From an uncultured Candidatus Rokubacteria bacterium (lineage in GTDB: Bacteria; Methylomirabilota; Methylomirabilia; Rokubacteriales; CSP1-6): a stretch of DNA of 64,000 nt. Below the pieces are notes generated by a model. That model had not been told where the DNA came from. It did no database searches and saw nothing but the letters and a program-made list of their open reading frames with translations. Position numbers and translations under genes: made by a program. Of this stretch, positions 21,809-30,868 are shown one piece after another. Where the stretch lies: the NCBI GenBank assembly GCA_963754315.1, contig CAVWFS010000015.1, forward strand, positions 32,001 through 96,000, in the 5' to 3' direction. How positions within the stretch are numbered: position 1 is the first letter of the stretch; every line of letters starts with the position of its first letter.

Positions 21809-22070
21809 GGAGAGGGGGGCCTCGACAGGGCCCCCCTGGCCCCCCTTCGCTCGGAGACGCCCCGGGTAACCCGGGGCGCCCCTCGGTCTGACTCTTGGAA
21901 GGGGGGCCTCGACAGGGCCCCCCTGACCCCCCTCGCTCGGAGACGCCCCGGGTAACCCGGGCGCCCCTCGGTCTCACGCTCGGCCTGGGGGCCTCGACAG
22001 GGCCCCCTGGCCCCTCGCTCGGAGACGCCCCGGTACCGGGGCCCCTCGGTCTCACGCTCTGGGCCTCGAA
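21809..22070. repeat. Tandem palindromic repeat, ~87-bp unit, three copies plus a partial copy
   Basis: GGGGG(G)CCTCGACAGGGCCCCC...CGCTCGGAGACGCCCCGG..TA..CCGGG..GCCCCTCGGTCT starts at 21814, 21901 and 21987; remnant at 22061. Confidence 0.92.
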
Positions 22071-22156
22071 CTGCTCCGGCGAGAAAGCATAGCTCAAAGA
22101 TGAGCCGGTTGGCTTGGCATCAATGGCAGGGCGCCGGTCTCGCCGGGTTGCGCCTC

Positions 22157-22801
22157 TCATTGCCAGGCCCACACCGGTTGCTCGAGGTCGTGCACGCGCG
22201 TCGAGCGGCCGTGCATCACCACCTCGCGCATCTGATAGACAACGGCTGCCGTGGGCGCGTGGACCAAGGTACCCAGAATGGGCAGCTGGATCACTGGCCG
22301 GTCACTCTCGGGAATCGCGATCAGGCGGGGGACGTCGGGATGGTCGAGATCGTCGAGGGGGACGTGGTGAATGCTGGCCACTTCAGCCGGATCGGCCGCG
22401 AGCTGGACGTCTCCTGGCGCCCAGACGACCACCGGCGTGATGACGAAGCCCGAGCGCGTGCCGTAGTCATCGAGCAGTCCCAGCACCGCACCCTCGTCCA
22501 GAACGAGCCCGACTTCCTCGCCGAGCTCGCGGATTGCCGCCTGCTCGGCACTCTCGCCAGCCTCGACGCGACCCCCCGGAAGAGCCCATTGGCGCCTGTG
22601 GGTCCGCAAGGTTTCCGCCCGCCGTGTGATGAGAAAGCATGCACGTCCTTCGGCGTCGGGAAGAAGAACAACCGCCACTGCCGCAGGCCGTCGGCCATCG
22701 ACGGGCACGGACCGACGATCGAAGGACGCCAGATGGCCGCGGGCCCGCGCGAGGAGCGCGCCGTCAAAGGGGTAGCTCGACACCCACCAAGCATCGCTCA
22801 T
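22157..22801 (-). CDS. Nudix hydrolase (CoA pyrophosphatase-like)
   Basis: ALPGGRVEAGESAEQAAIRELGEEVG Nudix box; TRSGFVITPVV. Confidence 0.88.
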   Translation of the reverse strand: MSDAWWVSSYPFDGALLARARGHLASFDRRSVPVDGRRPAAVAVVLLPDAEGRACFLITRRAETLRTHRRQWALPGGRVEAGESAEQAAIRELGEEVGLVLDEGAVLGLLDDYGTRSGFVITPVVVWAPGDVQLAADPAEVASIHHVPLDDLDHPDVPRLIAIPESDRPVIQLPILGTLVHAPTAAVVYQMREVVMHGRSTRVHDLEQPVWAWQ

Positions 22802-22830
22802 TTCGAGATTGGTCTGCTAAACTCTCTGCT

Positions 22831-23097
22831 GTGAATCCCCGCCATCTGCGCGACTTTCTTCAGCGGGACTGGGAAACCGCGGCCACGCGCAAGCGTGAGC
22901 ACTGGGTGCGCGAGTTCCAGGCGGGTGGCTCCGTGGTCACCCTCGAGGTTTCGGCAGCGCTGTCGCACCACATGCGCGCCGTTCGGCCCGACTGGCCAAC
23001 CCCGGAACAGCGTCAAGCGGACCTCGGCCACCACATCGCCCTCAAGCGTGCCATCGATCGCGCCGCGCGTGTCTTCGTCGGCGTCGCCCCTCGCTGA
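22831..23097 (+). CDS. Small hypothetical protein (possible partner of the downstream nucleotidyltransferase)
   Basis: GTG start 7 nt after TG-c-TAAACT; overlaps the next gene. Confidence 0.65.
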   Translation: MNPRHLRDFLQRDWETAATRKREHWVREFQAGGSVVTLEVSAALSHHMRAVRPDWPTPEQRQADLGHHIALKRAIDRAARVFVGVAPR

Positions 23098-23659
23098 TCT
23101 CCTCGCGGATCTCGACCGCGCCCTCACCGCTCTCGGTATTCGCTGGTATCTCTTCGGAGCCCAGGCGGCGATTCTCTACGGCGTCGTCCGCCTGACGGCA
23201 GACGTCGACGTCACCGTCGACGCCGGATCGCTGGCGAATGCGGACCTTGTCGCGCACCTCGGCGGCCGGGGCTTCGAGCTACGCGTTCCCGATGCGGGAG
23301 CGTTCGTCGAGAAGACGCGTGTCCTCCCCCTGGTACACGCCAAGAGCCGAATTCCCGTGGATGTCGTGCTGGCCGGGCCCGGACTCGAGGAACTCTTCTT
23401 CAGCCGCGTCGAAGAGCGGAACGTCGGGGGGGTTCGAATTCCCGTGGCGGCCGCCGAGGACATCGTCACCATGAAGGTGCTCGCCGGACGCCTGAAAGAT
23501 CTCGACGACGTCGTGTCGATTCTCCGAGCGTGCTCGCTCGATGCGGAGCGTGTTCGATCGACGCTCAGGCTCCTGGAGCAGGCGCTCGACCGTCGTGATC
23601 TGCTCGACGAGTTCGAGCGCCTCCTTCGCCAGGCCAGCGGCCAGCGCCAGTCTCAGTAG
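23069..23659 (+). CDS. Nucleotidyltransferase-fold protein (DUF6036/AbiEii-like)
   Basis: LFGAQAAILYG..RLTADVDV and EDIVTMKVLAGRLKDLDDV motifs. Confidence 0.75.
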   Translation: MSSSASPLADLLADLDRALTALGIRWYLFGAQAAILYGVVRLTADVDVTVDAGSLANADLVAHLGGRGFELRVPDAGAFVEKTRVLPLVHAKSRIPVDVVLAGPGLEELFFSRVEERNVGGVRIPVAAAEDIVTMKVLAGRLKDLDDVVSILRACSLDAERVRSTLRLLEQALDRRDLLDEFERLLRQASGQRQSQ

Positions 23660-24441
23660 GCGGGAAGTTTGCCGCCCTTGGCCGACTTCTTGACCGCGCC
23701 TGCTTCCTCCGCGGCGCGAGCAGCCATGAAGCGGCTATCGCTGGCCAACGTGAGGAACTGATAGCCCGCCTCCTTCATCTTCAGCGCGTACCCTGACGTG
23801 GCGTTGTGAATACCCGCGACCACGCCGTGACGCTTGCACGCCGCCACGATCTTCTCCTGAGCCTCCACCACCGGCGGATCGGTCTGATCAAGCCTCGGCT
23901 TGCAGCCCAGCGCCAAGCTCAGGTCGGCGGGCCCGACGTAGACCGCATCGACTCCTGGTGTGCTGAGTATGTCGTCGAGGTTCTTGAGGGCCTCTGCCGT
24001 TTCGATCATCGGCATGACGATCAGCTCGTTGTTGGCGTGCTCGGCATAGTCGGCGCCGGCATAGATCGATGCGCGCACGGGACCGAAGCTGCGATATCCC
24101 CGCGGAGGATACTTGCAGGCGCGGACGAGGGCTTCCGCCTCGGCCCGGTTGTTGATCATGGGGCAAATGACTCCGTAGGCGCCGGCATCCAGAATTTTCA
24201 TGACGTAAGCCGGATCGTTCCAGGGGACGCGGGCGAGGGGGACGACGGACGTGGTGGAGATGGCGGCCAGCATGCTCGCCGCCGCCTGGTAGTCGACGAC
24301 GCCGTGCTGCATGTCGATGACGAGCGAATCGAATCCCTGATGCGCCATCACCTCGGCCGAGAAGGCGCTCGGGATCGACAACCAGCCGTTGACCGCGGCT
24401 CCCCCCTGGGCCCACAGCTTCTTCAGTGCGTTCTCTCTCAC
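23653..24441 (-). CDS. HpcH/HpaI aldolase family protein
   Basis: IDMQHG, LDAGAYGVICPM, YPPRGYRSFGP, MIET, VYVGPADL. Confidence 0.92.
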   Translation of the reverse strand: MRENALKKLWAQGGAAVNGWLSIPSAFSAEVMAHQGFDSLVIDMQHGVVDYQAAASMLAAISTTSVVPLARVPWNDPAYVMKILDAGAYGVICPMINNRAEAEALVRACKYPPRGYRSFGPVRASIYAGADYAEHANNELIVMPMIETAEALKNLDDILSTPGVDAVYVGPADLSLALGCKPRLDQTDPPVVEAQEKIVAACKRHGVVAGIHNATSGYALKMKEAGYQFLTLASDSRFMAARAAEEAGAVKKSAKGGKLPAY

Positions 24442-24485
24442 GGGGTGCTCCTTTGCGTGGCTAAGTACGATCGGCCGATTCTATC

Positions 24486-25863
24486 TCAGGAGCCGCCGGA
24501 CCAGGCCTGGTAGCCGCCGACGAGGTCGACCACGTCGGAAAAGCCCGCCTGCTCGAGCAGACTCGCAGCCGTCGACGATCTGATGCCCGACTGGCAATAC
24601 ACGGCCACGGGGCGCTGGCGGGGAACCTCCCCGAGCCGCTCCCCAAGCTGATCGAGCGGGATGCCAATGCTCCCGGGGATGAACGCTCCCGTCCGTTCCC
24701 CGGGGAAGCGGACGTCGACGAGGGTGAGCGGCTCGGCCCTGAGCCGCGCTGCCAGCTCGGCAGCAGTGACGCGCCGGCCCTGTCGGAGCACGTCGGGACG
24801 ACCCTGTGCCGCGGCGATCCCTCCGTCGAGATACCCCAGCACGTTGTCGAAGCCGATCCGCCCCAGTCTCAGAGCCGCCTCCTCGTCGCTTCCGGGGACA
24901 GCTACCACCACAATAGGCCGGGTGGGCGTCAGAAGTTCGCCCACCCAGGAGGCGAAGCGCCCCTTCAGGCTGACGTTCGTGCTGCCGACCAGATGGCTCG
25001 CCGCGTAGTCGTCAGGATCGCGCACGTCGAGGATCTGGGCTCCTTCCCGCTGGACGCGCAAGACGACGTCGAGAGAAAGAGGCTTGAGCTCGCGGGCGAG
25101 AGCCGCCTCCAAGGTCGGCCGCGCGCGGCGGTTCAGCTTGGCATCGAGGCCGAAGTATGCCGGCGCTTTGGGCTGGTCGTGGGTCACCAACGCGACGAAG
25201 GCGTCCTTGCTCATGGGCTGAAGCGCATAGTTCTCCCGTCGCTGGGCGCCCATGGTGGATACCGTCTCCGAGCTGAGGTTCTTGCCACAGGCCGAGCCGG
25301 CTCCATGTCCCGGATAGACCAGGGTGTCGTCGGGGAGCCGCAGGAGCTTCTGATGGATGGAGTCGTAGAGCTGGTCGGCCAATCGCTCGGCGCTCGTCCC
25401 CTCGGAGGCCATGAGGTCGGGTCGCCCCACGTCGCCGATGAAGAGCGTATCGCCAGTGAGCACCGCCCGGGGGCGCGCGCGGTCGTGAGCAAGATCGTAG
25501 ACAAGGATGGAGATGGCTTCCGGCGTGTGCCCGGGGGTCTCCAGGATCTCCAGGCGCACCTGGCCGAACTCGAGGACATTGCCGTCGGCAAGCGGAGAGA
25601 ACTCGTACTCCGCGCTGGCCCCCGCCCCCAGGTGAATGCGCGCCCCTACTCGCTCGCGCAGTTCCAGGTGACCGGCCACGAAGTCCGCATGGAAGTGGGT
25701 CAGGATGACGTGCTCAATGCGGAGCCCCTCGGCTAGCGGCATCCTCCAGGTATTCTTCCACATCGCGTCGAGGGTCGACGACAACGGCCGTGCGCGTGAC
25801 CTCGTCGCCGATCAGGTAGGACGCCTGCGAGAGACACCCGAGGTAGTACTGCTTGAAGATCAT
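24486..25863 (-). CDS. MBL-fold persulfide dioxygenase-like protein with rhodanese domains, frameshift near 25735
   Basis: N-terminus MIFKQYYLGCLSQASYLIGD..VVDPRRD in a shifted frame; THFHADF, GDVGRPDL, HGAGSACGK, CQSGIRS. Confidence 0.88.
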
Positions 25864-25929
25864 GCGTGGCCTCCCCATGGCCGTGCTGGCCCTGTCAATC
25901 GTAGCTCAGAACGGGATCGCCCAGCGTGA

Positions 25930-25958
25930 TTGACTTGGCTTGACGCCCCTCCTATGAT
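25930..25958 (+). promoter_or_regulatory. Sigma70-type promoter for the branched-chain ABC genes
   Basis: TTGACT-N17-TATGAT. Confidence 0.7.
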
Positions 25959-26039
25959 GCCGCACCAGATCGCTGATCCTGACCGCCGCGGTGCGTGCGA
26001 CCGGTCAGATCGGCGACCATGCGTGACAAGGAGGCCACT

Positions 26040-27251
26040 ATGGATCGTCGTTCCTTCCTCGGCACCGCCACTGTCACCGCCGCCACGCTCGCGTTCCCGG
26101 CGATCCTGCGGGCCCAGGGCGGAGGGTCGATCAAGATCGGGTTCCCGCTCCCGCTCACCGGGCCCTTCGGCGCCATCGCCACCGACCAGCAGCGCGGGGC
26201 GATCCTTGCCATGGAACAGGTGAACGCGCGAGGAGGCGTCCTCGGGCGCCAGGTCGAGGTCCTCTTCCGCGACGATCAGCTCAAGCCGGCGGTGGGGGCA
26301 CAGCGAACGAAAGAGCTGATCGAGAACGAGAAGGTCGACTTCATCGTCGGCGGGCTGGCCGCCCACGTCCAGATGGCCATCAACGAGCAGGCCAAGGCCG
26401 CTGGAAAGATGTTCATCTCCATCAGCCAGTCCGACGAGATCAGCGCGAAGCCGGACTCGGGCCCGCTGACCTTCCACGAGGCGCTGAACCCCACCATCAC
26501 CGGGCGAGCCGTGGGCGGGTGGGGCGTGAAGAATCTCGGAAAAGCCTGGTGGATCGTCTACGCGGACTACGCGTGGGGAAAGCAAAACGACGCGGTGTTC
26601 ACGTCGGTGGTCGAGAAGGCGGGGGGCAAGGTGCTCGGCCACACGCCGTATCCGCTCGGGAAGCCCGAGTTCTCCACGCACATCCCGAAGATCCTGGCCG
26701 CCAAGCCCGAGGTCGTCCTGGCCGCCGCCCCGGGCACCGACAGTGTGGCCTTCGCCAAGCAGGCCATCAGCTTCGGCCTCAAGAAGCAGACCAAGTTGAT
26801 GATGCCACTGCACTTCGTGTACTTCGCCAAGGAGGGCGGCGCCGATCTGTTCGCGGATGTCTACGCGGGTACCAGCTTCTACTGGGAGCTCGAGAGCACG
26901 ATCCCGCAGGCCAAGAAGTACGTCGAGGCGTTCCAGAAACGCTTCAAGGAAACACCCGACTCCTATAGTGGTTACGGCTACAGCGGGATCATGGAGGTCG
27001 TGCGCGGGGTCGAGCTGGCCAAGTCCACCAACTCGGACGCGGTCGCCACTGCCCTGCTCAACAACCCGATCTACGATCACTACAAGGGCAAGGAGTGGTG
27101 GCGAAAGTGTGACCGCAAGGCCTTCCAGGACCTCTGGATCGTCAAGGGAGTCTCGCCGGCCAGGGGAGAATGGGGGTACTACGACATCACCGCCAAGATC
27201 CCGGCCGACGAGGTACTCGACCGGACGTGCGCCGAGAAGGGGTACGCGTAG
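26040..27251 (+). CDS. Branched-chain amino acid ABC substrate-binding protein with Tat signal
   Basis: MDRRSFLG twin-Arg; IKIGFPLPLTGP; ADYAWG; AAGGAGG upstream. Confidence 0.9.
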   Translation: MDRRSFLGTATVTAATLAFPAILRAQGGGSIKIGFPLPLTGPFGAIATDQQRGAILAMEQVNARGGVLGRQVEVLFRDDQLKPAVGAQRTKELIENEKVDFIVGGLAAHVQMAINEQAKAAGKMFISISQSDEISAKPDSGPLTFHEALNPTITGRAVGGWGVKNLGKAWWIVYADYAWGKQNDAVFTSVVEKAGGKVLGHTPYPLGKPEFSTHIPKILAAKPEVVLAAAPGTDSVAFAKQAISFGLKKQTKLMMPLHFVYFAKEGGADLFADVYAGTSFYWELESTIPQAKKYVEAFQKRFKETPDSYSGYGYSGIMEVVRGVELAKSTNSDAVATALLNNPIYDHYKGKEWWRKCDRKAFQDLWIVKGVSPARGEWGYYDITAKIPADEVLDRTCAEKGYA

Positions 27252-27256
27252 CGCCG

Positions 27257-28141
27257 GTGGCCGACTTCTCGCTGCAAACTCTGGCGGCACAGGCCTTCAC
27301 GGGCCTGGTCCTCGGCGGGATCCTCGTCCTGCTCGCGACCGGGCTCTCGCTCATCTTCGGGCTCATGGCCGTGGTGAACTTCTCCCACGGCTCGCTCTAC
27401 ATGCTGGGGGCGTACTTCGGCTTTTTCCTGCTCACGTTCACCAAGAGCTTCTGGGTCGCGCTCATTGGCGCCCCACTCCTGGTGGGTATCTTCGGGCTCT
27501 TCATGGAGCGGTTCCTCGTGCGTCCCCTCTACGGTCGGAGCCCGGACGATCCGTTGCTCCTGACCTTCGGGCTCTCGCTGGTCCTCGTCGAAGTCGTGAA
27601 GGTGATCTGGGGACGCGTCGGGCTCACCCTCGACCCGCCCCCCGCCCTCGCGGGCGGGATAGATCTGGGCTTCATGGTCTTCCCCACCTACCGCCTGTTC
27701 ATCCTCGCCGTCACGGCTCTCGCGCTGCTGGGACTGTGGCTGTTTCTCGAGCGCACCAACATCGGGCTCATCGTCCGCGCCGGCACTCGCGATCCAGTGA
27801 TGGTGCGTGCCTTGGGGTTTGACCTCGGCCGCGTATGGTTTCTCATCTTCGGTCTCGGGGTCGCCATGGCGGGCCTGGCCGGAGTCCTCGCGGGGCCATT
27901 GCGGGGTGTCTACGCCGAGATGGGCTTCGAGATGATCATCGAGTGCTTCGTGGTCGTGGTGGTGGGCGGCATGGGGAGCCTGGTGGGAGCGATCGTGGCG
28001 GGGCTCCTCATCGGCGAGATCGTCAGCCTCACGACCTTCTTCGCCCCCAAGGCGTCGGAATTGGTGATCTTCATCGTGATGGCGGTTGTTCTGCTCGTCC
28101 GCCCCAGCGGGCTCTTCGGCGAGCCCGGGCTGGCCGAGTGA
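27257..28141 (+). CDS. Branched-chain amino acid ABC permease (LivH-like)
   Basis: GLSLIFGLMAVVNFSHG, VVVVVGGMGS. Confidence 0.9.
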   Translation: MADFSLQTLAAQAFTGLVLGGILVLLATGLSLIFGLMAVVNFSHGSLYMLGAYFGFFLLTFTKSFWVALIGAPLLVGIFGLFMERFLVRPLYGRSPDDPLLLTFGLSLVLVEVVKVIWGRVGLTLDPPPALAGGIDLGFMVFPTYRLFILAVTALALLGLWLFLERTNIGLIVRAGTRDPVMVRALGFDLGRVWFLIFGLGVAMAGLAGVLAGPLRGVYAEMGFEMIIECFVVVVVGGMGSLVGAIVAGLLIGEIVSLTTFFAPKASELVIFIVMAVVLLVRPSGLFGEPGLAE

Positions 28142-29109
28142 TGAAAGGGGCCGTGGGCGCGGTGACCCGAACGATCGCGGCCCATCCCGTGCTCTCCATC
28201 GTGATCTTCTTTGCGATCCTGCCCTTCCTGGTGCCCTACCGCTCGCTGGCCACCCAGGTGCTCGTCTACGGTCTCTTCGCCCTCGGCTTCAATCTGCTCT
28301 ACGGCTACACGGGAATCCTGTCCTTCGGACACGCCGCCTTCTGGGGGCTCGGAGCCTACGGCACCGGCATCACGCTCGCCAAGCTCGGGGTGAAGTCGCT
28401 GTGGCTGGGGATGCTCGCTGGCCTCGGCAGCGCGGTGCTGGCAGGGGCCATCGTGGGTGCCTTTTGCCTGCGGCGCCGCGGCATCTACTTCGCCATGCTC
28501 ACCCTGGCCTTCTCGCAGGTCTTCTACTTCGCGGCGTTTCACATGGCGGATCTGACGGGCGGAGACGACGGGCTGCGAGGTATTCCGAAGCTCCCCCTGG
28601 GTTTCTTCGGGTTTGAGATTCCCCTCGACAAACCCATCGCCTTTCATTACTTCGCCCTGGCGTGGGCGGCTCTGGCCGTGGGCGGACTTCGGCGCCTTCT
28701 CGATTCGCCCTTCGGGGCCGTCCTGAGAGCCATCCGGGAGAACAGCGACCGGGCAACCGCGTGCGGCTATGACGTCGCCCGGCTCAAGCTCCTGTCGTTC
28801 GTCTTCTCGGCACTGATCGCGGGCCTGGCTGGCGCGCTGGACGCACTTCGCCTGACGATCGTGCCCGTGGAAGCGCTCAACTGGGCGACCTCGGGCCAGG
28901 CCGTCATCATGACCTTGCTCGGTGGGGGCGGTACGTTCTTCGGCCCGTTCGTCGGCGCCGCCACCTTCCTCGTCCTGGAAGATCGGCTGAGTGTCTTCCT
29001 GGAGTGGTGGCAGATCGTCATCGGGCTGATCTTCATGGCCTTCGTCCTGTTCCTGCCCAAGGGAATCTGGGGCACCCTGCTCGATCGCCTCTCCCGCGAG
29101 ACCACCTGA
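28141..29109 (+). CDS. Branched-chain amino acid ABC permease (LivM-like)
   Basis: GYTGILSFGHAAF, YFAMLTLAF, SPFGAVLRAIREN. Confidence 0.9.
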   Translation: MKGAVGAVTRTIAAHPVLSIVIFFAILPFLVPYRSLATQVLVYGLFALGFNLLYGYTGILSFGHAAFWGLGAYGTGITLAKLGVKSLWLGMLAGLGSAVLAGAIVGAFCLRRRGIYFAMLTLAFSQVFYFAAFHMADLTGGDDGLRGIPKLPLGFFGFEIPLDKPIAFHYFALAWAALAVGGLRRLLDSPFGAVLRAIRENSDRATACGYDVARLKLLSFVFSALIAGLAGALDALRLTIVPVEALNWATSGQAVIMTLLGGGGTFFGPFVGAATFLVLEDRLSVFLEWWQIVIGLIFMAFVLFLPKGIWGTLLDRLSRETT

Positions 29110-29178
29110 TCAGACCCCTCCCTCGCGGTGCGCCTGCCCGATCAGGCGCTCATTCTGGACACCGACGGTGGTCCGCGC

Positions 29179-30309
29179 TCAGTCGATGGCGGCGTGCACG
29201 AGATTGCTGATGGTGTCCATGCGGGCGCTGTGCCAGGGATCGGGCACACGGCTGTTGGTCAGATAGGCAAACGAGACTCCCGACGCGGGATCGGCCCAGC
29301 AGTAGGATGACCCGACGCCCCCGTGACCGAACGTGCGGGGCGAGGCGAGGGCTCCGAGACCGCGAATGGTGTCTGTGGTCCCGCGCAGGTGCGGGCCGAG
29401 GCCCCGGTGCATGGGCATTCCCATGTAACCGTCCACTCGATCACCTGTCACGTTTCGCGTGACGTATTCCACCATCCGCGTCGACAGTAGCCGGACCCCG
29501 TTCAAACGTCCGCCCCCGAGCATCATCTGATAGAAGGCGGCCATGGCCCGGGCCGTGGCGTAACCCCCGCCCCCCGGCGTGCCCGCCCGCCGAAAGGCAG
29601 CGGTGTTGTCCTCGGCGCGCCGGATCTGGCGGGAGCCGTCGGGGCTCGGCTCGTGCATATCCACGCAGCGGACATGGGCCGAGTCGGGGACGCCCACGAA
29701 AATCTCCGATCCGAGCCCCAGAGGCTCGACGATGTTCTCGCGGATGAACGCGCGATAGTCGGTCTTCGTCAGCGCCTCGATGAGGGCGGCCGCCGTCCAG
29801 TGAGCGGCGCGGCCGTGATAGTGCACGCGAGATCCTGGCGTCCACTCCAGGGTGAAGCCGCATACCGTGCGCCGCAGCAACTCGTGGTCTTCCCAGGCCG
29901 CAGGGGGGACATCGGCATTGGGAAAGCCCCCCTGATGCGAGAGAAGCTGGACGAGCGTGATGTCCCCCTTGCCGTTGGCCTCGAAGCCCGGCAGATGGGC
30001 CGCCACTCGATCCGTGAAGGCGAGCGCGCCGCGCTCGACCAGGACCCAGATCGCGCACGCCGTCAGCACCTTGGTATTCGAGTAGAGCAGCCACAAGGTG
30101 TCGCTCTGGGCCGGTACCCTCTGGGGGTCGAGGCGCGCGTCGCCGAGGCTGGCGAAGACGGCGAGCTTGCCGTGGCGCGCCACCGCGAGCTGGGAGGCCG
30201 GATAGCGGCCCTCTGCGATGTGGCGGGTCACGGTCTCGCGCAGTCGGTCGAGTCCACGCTCGTCAAGGCCAAGGGAAGCGACGCTAGCGGAGGCGAGAGG
30301 AAAGCTCAT
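29179..30309 (-). CDS. Serine hydrolase, beta-lactamase family
   Basis: SNTK (SxxK), LLSHQGG, FGHGG. Confidence 0.87.
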   Translation of the reverse strand: MSFPLASASVASLGLDERGLDRLRETVTRHIAEGRYPASQLAVARHGKLAVFASLGDARLDPQRVPAQSDTLWLLYSNTKVLTACAIWVLVERGALAFTDRVAAHLPGFEANGKGDITLVQLLSHQGGFPNADVPPAAWEDHELLRRTVCGFTLEWTPGSRVHYHGRAAHWTAAALIEALTKTDYRAFIRENIVEPLGLGSEIFVGVPDSAHVRCVDMHEPSPDGSRQIRRAEDNTAAFRRAGTPGGGGYATARAMAAFYQMMLGGGRLNGVRLLSTRMVEYVTRNVTGDRVDGYMGMPMHRGLGPHLRGTTDTIRGLGALASPRTFGHGGVGSSYCWADPASGVSFAYLTNSRVPDPWHSARMDTISNLVHAAID

Positions 30310-30349
30310 GGTCAGTTCTCCAGTTCGCGGATGTCGCACTCTAGCATGA

Positions 30350-30379
30350 TTGACACCCGGGCAAAGGGGCTCCTAAGAT
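30350..30379 (+). promoter_or_regulatory. Sigma70-type promoter for the VOC and acyl-CoA dehydrogenase genes
   Basis: TTGACA-N18-TAAGAT. Confidence 0.6.
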
Positions 30380-30407
30380 TCGAGCACATCACACGGCGGA
30401 GGGGCGC

Positions 30408-30866
30408 ATGGCCATCGAGGTGCTCGAGCTGCATCATCACGGCATTCGCATCGGTCCCACCCCGGAGGCTGTCAAGCAGGCGCACGACTTCTACCATGAC
30501 GTCCTGGGCTTGAGCCCTGATCGGGGGCGGCCCGTCATCCCGACCATCGATGGGTACTGGATGGACGTGGGCGGCACCGCTCAGATCCACTTGATGGGTG
30601 TGGATGGCCAGTCGAAGTTCGCCAAGGGGCCCGGGCAGGACCCCTCGGCGCCCCACGTCGCTCTGGCCGTGGCGGATATCGAGAAGTCGCGCGTCGAGCT
30701 GGATCGCCTGGGTGTGAAGTACTGGGTGGCCGAGGGTGTTGTGGGGCCGCAATCCCAGCAGATCTTCATGCACGATCCCTTCGGAAACATGATCGAGCTT
30801 CACCAGGTCGACCAGTGCCGGTGCGTGACGGCCCGGCGGGCGACAGCGTCGCGCTCGATGCGCTGA
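30408..30866 (+). CDS. VOC/glyoxalase family protein
   Basis: LHHHGI, FYHDVLGL, PHVALAV, DPFGNMIEL. Confidence 0.85.
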   Translation: MAIEVLELHHHGIRIGPTPEAVKQAHDFYHDVLGLSPDRGRPVIPTIDGYWMDVGGTAQIHLMGVDGQSKFAKGPGQDPSAPHVALAVADIEKSRVELDRLGVKYWVAEGVVGPQSQQIFMHDPFGNMIELHQVDQCRCVTARRATASRSMR

Positions 30867-30868
30867 CC

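Noticed and set aside
21809..22070. Possible CRISPR array
   Set aside because: The whole ~87-bp unit repeats, there are no unique spacers, and no cas genes are in the window.
20676..22172. 498-aa ORF with repetitive Pro/Gly/Arg N-terminus
   Set aside because: It is a translation of the DNA repeat and an off-frame SDR; only the last ~115 codons belong to the selenoprotein.
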